This document shows, piece after piece, positions 1 through 10,131 of a DNA stretch of 41,139 bases (the stretch's first letter is position 1; each line of letters starts with the position of its first letter). Position numbers and translations under genes: made by a program. The notes under the pieces were generated by a model. That model was not told the DNA's origin. It saw only the letters and a program-made list of their open reading frames with translations, and searched no databases. Source of the stretch: Corallochytrium limacisporum Hawaii (taxonomy: Eukaryota > Protista > Pluriformea); contig PDIP01000163.1 in NCBI GenBank assembly GCA_002811645.1, positions 1 to 41,139 of the forward strand, in the 5' to 3' direction.

Positions 1-32
1 ACCCCTTGCAGCTGGACGGTATATTATTCAAA

Positions 33-63
33 CACCCGCCCCCCCCCGGCGGGGGGGGGGGTG
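33..63. repeat. C-run/G-run palindrome
   Basis: cacccg-C9-ggc-G11-tg. Confidence 0.7.
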
Positions 64-693
64 CAATGCTAATGTGAAATATTCCGCTGTCCTTCTATGT
101 TAATTCTAGCGGGCAGACGGGGCCGGCACCCCGATTTCCCTGTGCCGTATCAGTCCATACTAAATAGGCTGAAGCCTGACAATCACGGAGAACAATGGGG
201 CTCTGCGTCGGGGGAAGCGATTTCCAGGAGCAGGCTGTACAATACTAGGTGCGGAGAGGCTCCGCGGCTAGTGGATTGCACTGATTCCTCACCGACTGCT
301 GGGCTCGGCTCCTTTTGGGAACGCCGGTTCGTTGAATCTCTGAGAAAGTTGGTGTCTGTGGCTTCAATTCGTGTCGGACGGGTCTTGTGTTCGGAGGGCC
401 TATCACTCCTACCTTGGCAATTCATAGGAATGCATGTACAAGAGGTACTTGGGTTCCAAAGTTTCCGAAACTGTGCTCTTGACAATAGATCTCGACTACA
501 TTTGATTGTTAGGACGCATTCAGGAGCGACACATAATACCTCCTGCGATTAACAATTGTTGAATTAACAGGTTTTTCGAGACCCCGAAAAGATCGCAACG
601 AAGCTTAACGGTAAACTGGGTGTCCGAGGTAGCATTTATGTGAGTGAAAATGAAGTAGGTTAAAGTTGCTTGACCAACTGACCACATTGCGCA

Positions 694-2526
694 ATGCGTT
701 CGTCGCAGAAGAAAGAGGGAAGGCCCGTCAGGGGCAGTAGCGCTCTAGAGTTGAATGCTCCGGGCTTCGATCCCTTTGCAGACCAGCGAGATATTCTAGG
801 TGCACCTGGCGGCGACAATGAAGAAGAAGCTCGCAAGGCAGGATCCAAGTTGAGCCGTATGTTCCGTTCGACGAGTGCCTTGGAGGGCAGTGGAATTGGT
901 TCCATGCAGAAGTCTAGAGAAAAGGGTAGCACAGGCAGTCTCGGCATTGGATCTCCTGCGTTAGATAGCCCAAGAGGAAAGAATCCTCTCGAGAGACAGC
1001 AGTCAGCACAGTCGTGGAAGAAAACGGGTATCGGTCGACTTTTTAGCAGTTCACATAGTATACACGTGGAAGTGGTTCATGAATCATCGAAAGGTTATCT
1101 CGACATGTATGACGAAGATGAATTTGGAATTGACGTCGATGATTCAGACATGGGTACAGCTACACTAGTACCAGTGCCTGGTTGGCGCCCGATTACTGTG
1201 TGGGAGTCGAAGAAGACTGAAAGAGTTTACGAATTGGGCCGCCCTGTTTTCATGAAACGCTTCTTTGACTGTCGCCATCGCAACTTTTTGGGCGGCACCT
1301 GGAAAGATCCTATGGTGATTTTTTTCACGAGTGAGAATGAACAGCGGCACAACTTTTTGATTTGGAAATTAGATTCTGGGTACTTCATGGACATACACAC
1401 ATCGCCCTTGAAGCTCCGAGATGGTATTGCAAAGGCCCAAGATATTCAGCGAACCTTGTCCTTGCTGAAGATCCCGTCATACATGAAATGCAGACCGGAA
1501 GATTTCTTGGAGATGCCAGAGATCGAGCCATCAGACAGTGACCTCACGTTGCTCAATCTAGAACTTGCCACCTGTCAGCTGTTCAATCCCAAGAAATACA
1601 AGGTGGGAATTCTTTATATCAAAGCTGGGCAGACAACAGAAGACGAGATCCTCGGAAATGTTACTCACTCAAGAGCCTTCCAGGAGTTTCTTGATTTCAT
1701 CGGTGAGCCTATCAAATTGATGAACTTCCATGGATACAATGGTGGTTTGGATACACACACGTTTGGTTCCGGTGAAGTGAGCTACTACACAAAGTACCAG
1801 GACAACGAAATCATGTTCCATGTATCCACTTTATTGCCATGGGATGGTAAGGATATGCAATTTGTAGAGCGAAAGCGTCATATTGGTAACGACATATGTT
1901 TCATTGCCTTTATCGACTCACCGAGGCACTCTGTGAAACCAGACGTGTTGCGATCACAATTCAATCATGTGGTGTGCTCGGTCCGGGTGGAGCACCGCTC
2001 CGGAACCCATACAGAGTACTGTGTGGACTTTCTTGCCCGTGATGAAGTACCAGACTTTGGGCCCAGTTGCTGTCGTCGGTTCTGGCCAAAGACTGATGCA
2101 TTACGTGGTTACCTACTATCCCGCATCATTCGTGCTCAGGCAGCCAGCATGCAAGTAGATGTCTTCGCAAAGTCGATGCGCCGCTTCCGCTGGAACGAAC
2201 TACAGAAGCTTGCAGAAAAATGCGGAATCGAACTGGAGCGAGGACCGAGCTCGAGTGCACCCAAGAGTGCTAGAGGTGAGAGGGGCTCAAAACTAGTCTC
2301 ACGAAGTGAAAAGTTAGAGTCCAAAACAGCAAAAGGCATGGAAAGGAAGTCAGCGAGTCAGAAGGAGCTCGAGGTAAATCAGAGGCGGAGTCGCGAACGG
2401 GCATCGACCACTGGTCAGTCCAGCACAAAGACGGAACGTCCTGGAAAGGAGATGGCTCGCCGCAAGGCGAGCTTCGACAACTCCATTGGGGAATTGAATG
2501 AACAGACTGGCAACATCAGGATCTAG
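694..2526 (+). CDS. Rap/Ran-GAP domain protein (Rap1GAP family)
   Basis: 610-aa ORF with KYKVGILYIKAGQTTEDEILGN, GYNGGLD, EIMFHVSTLLP and the catalytic RKRHIGND (Asn thumb) motif; low-complexity N- and C-termini. Confidence 0.93.
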   Translation: MRSSQKKEGRPVRGSSALELNAPGFDPFADQRDILGAPGGDNEEEARKAGSKLSRMFRSTSALEGSGIGSMQKSREKGSTGSLGIGSPALDSPRGKNPLERQQSAQSWKKTGIGRLFSSSHSIHVEVVHESSKGYLDMYDEDEFGIDVDDSDMGTATLVPVPGWRPITVWESKKTERVYELGRPVFMKRFFDCRHRNFLGGTWKDPMVIFFTSENEQRHNFLIWKLDSGYFMDIHTSPLKLRDGIAKAQDIQRTLSLLKIPSYMKCRPEDFLEMPEIEPSDSDLTLLNLELATCQLFNPKKYKVGILYIKAGQTTEDEILGNVTHSRAFQEFLDFIGEPIKLMNFHGYNGGLDTHTFGSGEVSYYTKYQDNEIMFHVSTLLPWDGKDMQFVERKRHIGNDICFIAFIDSPRHSVKPDVLRSQFNHVVCSVRVEHRSGTHTEYCVDFLARDEVPDFGPSCCRRFWPKTDALRGYLLSRIIRAQAASMQVDVFAKSMRRFRWNELQKLAEKCGIELERGPSSSAPKSARGERGSKLVSRSEKLESKTAKGMERKSASQKELEVNQRRSRERASTTGQSSTKTERPGKEMARRKASFDNSIGELNEQTGNIRI

Positions 2527-2761
2527 ACCGGTAGCCAATTTGAATACAAAGCGTTTTAAAATTCATGAGTGAGAGGATGTGTCTATTTGTGTGCTCTAGT
2601 GTGCATCGTGATGGAACCTTATATCGAGCGCCCTGCAACGATGAGCATGCTCAATATTGGGTGCACAAACTTCTTTAAGTACTTTTTTTCCTTTGATACT
2701 GCGGGAATCCGCTGAGAATGCGGTTCAGACGGCCACTACATTTCAGCAGTGTGTGCGGGAA

Positions 2762-3187
2762 TCATCCGACGGTCTGGGGCCTCCTGTCTTCCCAGACTGA
2801 TGGCCGGACACGATGGATCAACCGGTTAGGCTTCTCCTGCTGAGCACTGCTGAAATTCTTACGAATCTCGGACCGGGTTACAAACCTGATCTTGAAACCG
2901 TGGTTGATCAGGCGCTTCTCTGCTCGGGTGAGAGCAACCTTGGTCTTCTTCTTTGGTGCCTCAGTTGTTGAGTGGCTGCGGCGCTTCAGCGTCTTTGATT
3001 CGGTTTTGGCTGGCGCTTTCGGCTTTGGTGAGTCCTGGCAGACATTTGCCTCCGTGTTCAATGTTGTCTGCTTCAACTGGGTCCTGTCGGGCCTACCAGT
3101 GTTCTCAATGCTTGCTAACGCGCGGCGTGGAGTGCTCTTGATTGTAGCAACTTCTGCAACATGAACTGTGTTTTGGGTCCCTGACAT
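2762..3187 (-). CDS. Small basic hypothetical protein with D-box and NLS-like motif
   Basis: First ATG at 3187 (the ORF track starts at a GTG at 3241); 141 aa; contains TPRRALASIEN and PKKKTK; convergent with RapGAP like the other gene pairs. Confidence 0.6.
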   Translation of the reverse strand: MSGTQNTVHVAEVATIKSTPRRALASIENTGRPDRTQLKQTTLNTEANVCQDSPKPKAPAKTESKTLKRRSHSTTEAPKKKTKVALTRAEKRLINHGFKIRFVTRSEIRKNFSSAQQEKPNRLIHRVRPSVWEDRRPQTVG

Positions 3188-4660
3188 ATTTAATGCCGAA
3201 TGATGTTGACTAAGATATGAACAGAACTTGATAAAGCGCACACGACTCGCTGGCTGAAGACCGCAAATGATCAGGTATTCCTATCTGCGATCTATAGCTA
3301 CTACTAAGTACAGTCAGATCTCATTCATTTCATCGAAATGTGTGCACTGTCACTGCTGATTTACCTGCACAAGCACCTGTTGTTATGATAATGTCCAGCA
3401 AATCCGACTTCCCTGTCACTAGCACTCGCTTCCAAAAGAAGGTGGTCTCTCTGTTTCATCGACTTCTTCCCTGGTCTGCCCCTGTCCATCCTCCCAATTC
3501 TCACTACCTGCGACGGCCCGTGGATTTCAAAGCCTTCGCTCCACTTTTTGCACGCCCCTGCCCCTGTCTCGCCTCCCCCCCCAACTCCGCTCGACGGCCT
3601 TGGCGCAAAGTAAGGCAAGGAGCGCCCCGCGCATAAATTATTCGTGCCTTTCTTAGCCTTTTCTTTGCATTTTATTTCAGCGGCACGAGCGAGACACATA
3701 ATATCGGGAGCGAAAGACCGAAAAAGGTTTCGCAGACTTTTTTTCTTTGCGTTTTTCTGATCGGGCCCGCCCCTCCCCCCGGTTCGCTCTCTTTTGAAAT
3801 TGTCGCGCCTGGGGTGAAGGGGGAAAGTGAGGTTTGGGGGAAGGCGGGCGGGATTGGTGGAGATGAGCTGCTGGGAGGCGGGTCTCACTTTTTTTTTCGC
3901 CTTTTGATAGAGGTAGTACGGGCGATTCAGGCGAGAGAGTTGTGCCGGGGGCGGGGGCACCAGCAACCAGCGAAGACCAAAATAAACCGCGCGTAGCCCC
4001 CCCCCCCGGGGAGAGGGCGGCTCACAGGTCCCATCCGAACGCATTGGGAGAGGCAGCAGCAGCAGCTGTACCTATATATGTAGTCTTTTGTTGCAGGTGA
4101 CCGGGAACACCGGGAAGGGGGGGGGGAGACTATGCGATCCCCCCTCCTTTGTGTCGCTGGGATCTGTGGTTGAGTGTTAGACTGTCACTGCAGCAACAGC
4201 AAGCCAGCACCACTGAAGTATTCCTCTTGAATATGGCTCTTTGTATGGGACAGATCCTTCCCATGCGTATGGTTGCCGTGCTCTTGTTGAGCATGGTGCA
4301 CGGACATGATAGAGCGGCAGTAAAGTTTGGTTGCCACAGACCAAACACGCAGAAATGTATGGGCACGGGATGATTGCTCTGTGCTGGTGTAATGGACATG
4401 TCTGTATGATGGGATGAGGATATGATGGAGGGGCTGGGTTGCCTACACCTTGCGCACTGCTGGGGCGCGCGCTTGAAACGTCTGTGCCAGCAGTCAAAGC
4501 CCAGTAGTGGACTGGGAAGTTGTACGGGAGAGGCAAAGGCAAACGGGAAGCAATTAAATCACGCGACCCCTGCGGGGCAACTAGCGGAGTCAAATAAAAA
4601 CTGAAGAGTTTCATACAAAACAAATACTCGCCTCGCCAGCAATGATGTTTTTTCCTAGGG

Positions 4661-4699
4661 TGCCCCGCGGTTCCCCCCCCCCCGGGGGGGGGCGGGGCA
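4661..4699. repeat. C-run/G-run palindrome with paired flanks
   Basis: tgccccgcggtt-C11-G9-cggggca. Confidence 0.75.
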
Positions 4700-6586
4700 A
4701 GCCAAGACCGAGAGTTGCCGCAAAGAGGCAACAAAAATGGTACGTCTGTCCCGCACGGTGGCCACCGCGCACTTTTCATTCAAAAATCGTAGTACATTCT
4801 AATGGAAACTCTGCGTCGACAGAAATTTTGCAAAGCAATCCACTGTTCAACACAACTGGGCAGTGTGAGCACCGACCGTGCTGAGGCGCTCGAAATCTGG
4901 CCCATGGCCGGTCCATACTCAACCACCGTCGCCGCTGATTGAGACCGCCCTGGGCCCAGGGTCTGGAACAGACCGCATGTCGCTGTGTGATAGAACGGAG
5001 TCACAATCGCGAGAAGTGCCATACTTTCTCTACAAGAATGTTGTTCGCGCGTAAGGCGGTCTCCACTGATAATTATCTTGTCCTTGTTGCGAAGTCTCTA
5101 GCCCCCGCTCGTCAGTCATTTTCCGCCTTGAAGCCTGCCTTTGTCTGAGCTTGGGACCGCGGATTGCGGCGGGGAGCTTGGGTTTTGAAGAGCGCAGAGT
5201 CACGTTCAAAAACAATCTTTCTACGTATAGTTCAGAGCCGAGTTGCTGTGGATGCTAGGCAGCAGCAAAGCTCATACTTACGCGCTCTTTACGATGATTG
5301 GATGCTCGACGATGCTCCCGGTTTCTGCCCGCGGGTCGCCGGCCTTTTTTCTCTGGGCTCCTCCCCCCGCCAAAATTCACCAAGAATGGTCCGAAGCCAA
5401 AGTCACAGGTCCCACCCCAGTGGAGAAGTACTGCACGGCTGAGCCCGTATTTCGTTGCAAATTTTCTGTCTCCCGCACTTTTCTCTACGGTGGCGGACTT
5501 CCATTTCCCGCGTCCGGGTGTTTACGAATCCCCAGTTTTTTTTGGCAGTACGTTGACTATGCAAATTTGGGCGCGGAAGGAGAGAATTCTAAGTCACCTG
5601 GGAAGTCACCTGGCAAGCCGCTCCCATATTTTTTGATTCGGAAATACGTCTGCAAATTTCTTGAACCCGGAAATTTTGTATGGAGTTGTCTGGGATTGAC
5701 CATGTATATGCATTAATATTACCATACCGGGAAGGAAATACAAAATACTCTGTCCCTAAGCTTTCCGTTTGCCCGTAGGCTTTGCATCCGTTTTGGTTTG
5801 ACAATTCAATTCGTCCAATGCAATATGCAATTGCAGTACTTACGTGTGCCTTTGAACCGAAAAGTGCAATTTGGAGCAAAAGCCGGACTGAAACAACATG
5901 GGCAATCATGTCCAAGGGTGTTTTGTAGTTCTTGGAAACGAGTTTAGACACACAAGACAGAGGATTCACCCACAGGCACAACACAGTGACGAGGGAGAAT
6001 TCAATTGTTTTCCTGGGTTCCCTCAAACCGGTGGGCTGTTTAAGTTTAAATTGGAGACCCCTAATTTAGGGGTCCTTTTTCAGCTGTCACTCGATCGCCT
6101 TTCGAAAACTCGATGGTTGCTCCCCTCTTCTCGCTCTCCCGCGCGCGGGAGATCTTTTTACCCCCCGGGGAGGGGGGGGTCTAATTTTTTCGAATATCCT
6201 AGTACGGAGGAAAACAGGCGCATTTCGCCTGGCCAGGACATAGCGAAGGGACTTTGCAATTGCTACGGCTCCGACGTCATTCATAGTCTTGTCGTTTGCC
6301 GCCATCATCAAGGACATGGTTAGGGGTTATCGACAATTGAAAACTGAAACCATCGTTCCATGCTGTTGGCACGGTGGCGTAGTGCGGAAGAGTGGTACGC
6401 TTCACATAGTGGTAAATGTACTGAAGTTGTCCCCACCCAGTACATTCTCTACGGGCACCTACAGAGGAGCGAGGGCTGGGCGCCAAAACTTGCCGGCCGC
6501 CATTCGGTGAGTGTCCGAATCCCGAGAGGGTGGGTTCGTTGGGATCCCCTGGAACCGAATGGTATTCATACACAGAACCGAACTCT

Positions 6587-6613
6587 TGTGTGCGTGTGTG
6601 TGTGTGTGCGTGT
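6587..6613. repeat. Imperfect (GT)n microsatellite upstream of centrin
   Basis: tgtgtgcgtgtgtgtgtgtgtgcgtgt is visible directly. Confidence 0.8.
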
Positions 6614-6777
6614 CTCCGTATGGGTCTGGTGTGCTCCAATGTGAACGGCAAAGTAAGCAAAGAAATTTCATACGATCATCAAACACAGAAAGCCTATTTA
6701 ATTGAACGAGTGCGGCAGTCAAGAAACACCGAAAATCAAGTACTGTAGAAACACACTCTTTTGTGAAGGGGATCAAT

Positions 6778-7266
6778 ATGCCGGACACAATGGCAAGCAT
6801 ACGGCCAAAGAAGCGCCGTCCGGAACTTACCGAGGAACAGAAGAATGAGATCAAGGACGCTTTTGATCTCTTCGATGGTGACAAGGATGGGTATATCGAC
6901 TATCACGAGCTGAAAGTATCTATGCGCGCTCTCGGGTTTGACATGAAGAAGTCGGAACTGCTACGAATTATGAAGGAATACGACCCGAATGACCACGACA
7001 GAATTTCTTTCCAAGATTTCTTTGATGTAGTCAAAGAGAAAGTTTTGAATCGAGACCCTGAGGAGGAAATTCGTCAAGCATTCAAGCTGTTCGACGACGA
7101 CGGTACGGGAAAGATCAGTCTGAAGAACATGCGCCGTGTTGCACGTGAACTCGGAGAAGGTATGAACGACGAGGAACTACAGGCAATGATTGACGAATTC
7201 GATCGTGATGGCGATGGGGAGATAAACTTTGAGGAGTTTTTGGCCATCATGACCTCCGACTATTGA
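6778..7266 (+). CDS. CETN3: Centrin-3 / Cdc31 (EF-hand protein)
   Basis: [38 protein letters not shown] and [16 protein letters not shown] are typical of the CETN3/CDC31 subfamily; ATG at 6778 or 6790. Confidence 0.95.
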   Translation: MPDTMASIRPKKRRPELTEEQKNEIKDAFDLFDGDKDGYIDYHELKVSMRALGFDMKKSELLRIMKEYDPNDHDRISFQDFFDVVKEKVLNRDPEEEIRQAFKLFDDDGTGKISLKNMRRVARELGEGMNDEELQAMIDEFDRDGDGEINFEEFLAIMTSDY

Positions 7267-7338
7267 ATACATACCCATACCCATGTACATTTGAACCACA
7301 ATGATGCTGTGAACAAGTATTGATATATGGCAGTTAAG

Positions 7339-8517
7339 CTATGATGATGTGGACGGGCCAGCCGTCTCAGTAGGTGACTCCTCAGACCTTGGTGAATCTA
7401 TGGGAGACTGAGCATTGGAATCTTTTCTTGCAACGCAATTTTGCAAGGTGTACTGTGCCTCCCCAGGTGCATCCTTCAGGACAGTTATCGATGACCTCTT
7501 TTTGTCGGTCCAGAGCAGTACAGGAACACGGCACAGGGGACACTGGAGAATGTCGCGCTCATCGTCACGGATAACAATACGATTTGCATCCTCCCAACAT
7601 TCAGTGCACACTGCACGATGCATACATGGGCGGGTAGTTATCTGTGCTGGAGAAACCAGGCAAATGACGCAAGTATCCGTGTCCTCAGGGGCGTTCGGGC
7701 GCTTCATCCGCTTGTGGGAGCGCATGCGCTTATTTAGCTCCGCACGGACCTTTCGATGGGTCTCGAGAAGGACATTGCCGTAATCTTCCAGCTGAAACAT
7801 GGACATTTGTGTGACATCAAGCTTGCGAATGCTAGCTGGTGAGTGCCATACGCCTCGGGAGTCGGCAAGAAGCCTGCGACCAATGCTACGCGGCACAATT
7901 GAAGTAATGAAACTCACAATATTCTCAATAGTCTCAAACACGGCAGCTTCGTAAGTGTCCACCATCCACTGCATCGCCCGTCGCAAGATTGTGGCTTCTT
8001 CATTCGGAAGCATAGTTCCCGTTGTCCAGTACACGAAATCTTGACTGTCAGCCTGGTTCATCGACAGCGTGATGAAGTTGTGCATGAACCGCATCACCAA
8101 GACTGGATACAGAATCCAAGGGGACATAAAGGAGCTGTGCAGAAGAAGGTGCAGTCCATAGTCAACAGGCGCCGCAATAATAGCGACAAGGAACACCAGA
8201 TTATAATGATAGGTGAGTGAGAAGCACAGCGCCCGGGGAACCATGAGCAAGCCCAGGAACGCGGTCGTGATTCCTACAACTTGAACCAAGAAATGCGTAT
8301 GAGTTGCCGGATACTCTGCATTCCATAAAGTGACAGTTTCGTCAATAAGGCCGTCTGATGCCTCACATCCCATATAGTAACAGTAATAGCCTCCCAGAAA
8401 TGTGATTGTGATCAAATCAAAAAGGTTAATGAACAGACCCGAGTTTAGCAACAGAGTGGTCACACCAAACGCCAGCAAGAAGCTGATTCCCGGTCTGCGG
8501 GCTCCCTGCACATCCAT
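7339..8517 (-). CDS. Multi-pass membrane RING (C3HC4-type) putative E3 ubiquitin ligase, RNF26-like architecture
   Basis: Several hydrophobic N-terminal segments; C-terminal CVIC-x-PCMH-x-CTEC-x-CPLCR. Confidence 0.82.
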   Translation of the reverse strand: MDVQGARRPGISFLLAFGVTTLLLNSGLFINLFDLITITFLGGYYCYYMGCEASDGLIDETVTLWNAEYPATHTHFLVQVVGITTAFLGLLMVPRALCFSLTYHYNLVFLVAIIAAPVDYGLHLLLHSSFMSPWILYPVLVMRFMHNFITLSMNQADSQDFVYWTTGTMLPNEEATILRRAMQWMVDTYEAAVFETIENIVSFITSIVPRSIGRRLLADSRGVWHSPASIRKLDVTQMSMFQLEDYGNVLLETHRKVRAELNKRMRSHKRMKRPNAPEDTDTCVICLVSPAQITTRPCMHRAVCTECWEDANRIVIRDDERDILQCPLCRVPVLLWTDKKRSSITVLKDAPGEAQYTLQNCVARKDSNAQSPIDSPRSEESPTETAGPSTSS

Positions 8518-8611
8518 TTTTGGCGTTCTCTAACTACGAGCTTTCAGTCTCGGTGACAACTGTATGATAAATACACTATCCGGTCATTGGTTTCACATTC
8601 GTAAGATCTAC

Positions 8612-8724
8612 CTGCAGAAAACAGCCAGCTAGTAACTATACAATCTCAAGAGGTCCAGATTCCTTCAATCTAAATAGGGCCATTATTATTCACTTGTACC
8701 TTGTTTCGCAATCCCAGACCATAC
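8612..8724 (-). other. Putative 113-nt 5'UTR spliceosomal intron of the RING gene
   Basis: On the minus strand CAG|GTATGG ... TTTTCTGCAG|G, ending about 95 nt upstream of the ATG. Confidence 0.4.
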
Positions 8725-10131
8725 CTGGACGTACAAGAAACCACGTAATATTGACTCGTTCGAGGGCGTTTGTCCGAACAGCGGCACGATGCGATACCCC
8801 GAACGCAGACGAATCGCATACGTGACACTGTTTGGGCCCACACTTGAAATGACTCCGGCTTTAGTGCACCGTTTCAAACCAGGAATTTTGGATTTGGAAC
8901 ACACAGTATTAATAAACCGCAAGTCTAACGAGAAGGGTTGAGAAACTTTTGCCCTTGCTTCCCATACCAACAAGAACGGTCCCGAGAGAATACCTGGGCC
9001 CTCGCCCCCTTCCCCTCCTCACCCCCGGGCGGGGAAGGATGCAAGGAAATCTGCGCACCATCTTCGAACATTGGCAGTGGATCTCAACTAGGACGGCTGC
9101 TGTGAACACCCCTTCCCCGCTTCTACGTTTTCTTCGACGAGATAAAAACTCTTGAACCCATTGCCATAGTAAAACTATGGAAAACTGGTAGTTGGCCGTT
9201 TTGCTGCTTCGGACTCCAGCCGACGGGTCCGCCGGTGTGACCAATCAACAGGCCCCGGTCCTGTCTCGTGGGGTGTGTCAAGACCATTTTCGGAGCAGGT
9301 CCGCCCGCGGGAGCACAGCTTCAAACACGCCCTCATGAGCCACTGGGCTTGAATGTTTTTCAGCATCGCTCATGATGCCTTTAGCATGCCTGCTGTCTAT
9401 GTTTACAGTGATCTCACCTGAAGTAAATGAGCACAGGCAAAGATCACATCGACAATCGTATACCGTGTTATTGGACTAGAAGGCGCATTTATGAATTCCA
9501 ATACTGCTTCGTTAAAATATTGGCTTAGATTGTAAATGAAAAGATCATCTTATGAACTGGCACTTCCCCCCGGGTGTCCGCATAACGAAGACAGGCTCGT
9601 ACACACAGGCTCACCGATTCGGTCCGAATGTGGAAAGTTCCATTTACCCTAATTGCCATATGGCTTTCGATTCGTAATTCGTATTTGAAATCGTACTAGC
9701 AATTCTCGCCCAAACAATAAACTATGGCTATCCGGCGGAATGAACGAGCGGAAAGAAATCACTGTACGGCTTCTCTATAGTGAAAGAATGAGACGAGATT
9801 CTATCTCGAAGGGGAGATCCTCGTTTTTCCTTTGCACGGACTGTGTCACACATCGCAGACCGGCTCCTGACGAAATCAGTACCACATGAACAGACGGTAC
9901 GCGATCTTGACGAGCAGCTTTGGATTTTTATGAGGGACACTGGATGGACTGCCCCGCATGGAATGTTGTAGCAAGATCTTCCCTTGAAATACTGTGCGTG
10001 TCTCAGACCTACGACAGCAACTGAGAGTTGATCTCTACGTATTTCAATCGCAAATGCGTCAGTATAGTTGGCCTTGACGACAACTGACCATACCTTATTG
10101 GTACGTTTGTACTCTATCGGGTTATAGCAAC

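Noticed and set aside
97-552. 151-aa ORF upstream of RapGAP
   Set aside because: No recognisable motif; probably promoter or 5'UTR sequence.
2700-2763. Repeated tgcgggaatc with an internal GGTTC, tRNA-like at first glance
   Set aside because: No cloverleaf stems or proper A/B boxes could be built.
5591-5616. Direct repeat aagtcacctgg(g/c) x2
   Set aside because: Only two 12-nt units; not a CRISPR array or a recognisable element end.
3340-6750. Many 60-227 aa ORFs in the spacer
   Set aside because: They arise from homopolymer-rich GC sequence (poly-Pro/Gly/Phe/Lys), overlap on both strands and show no family motifs.
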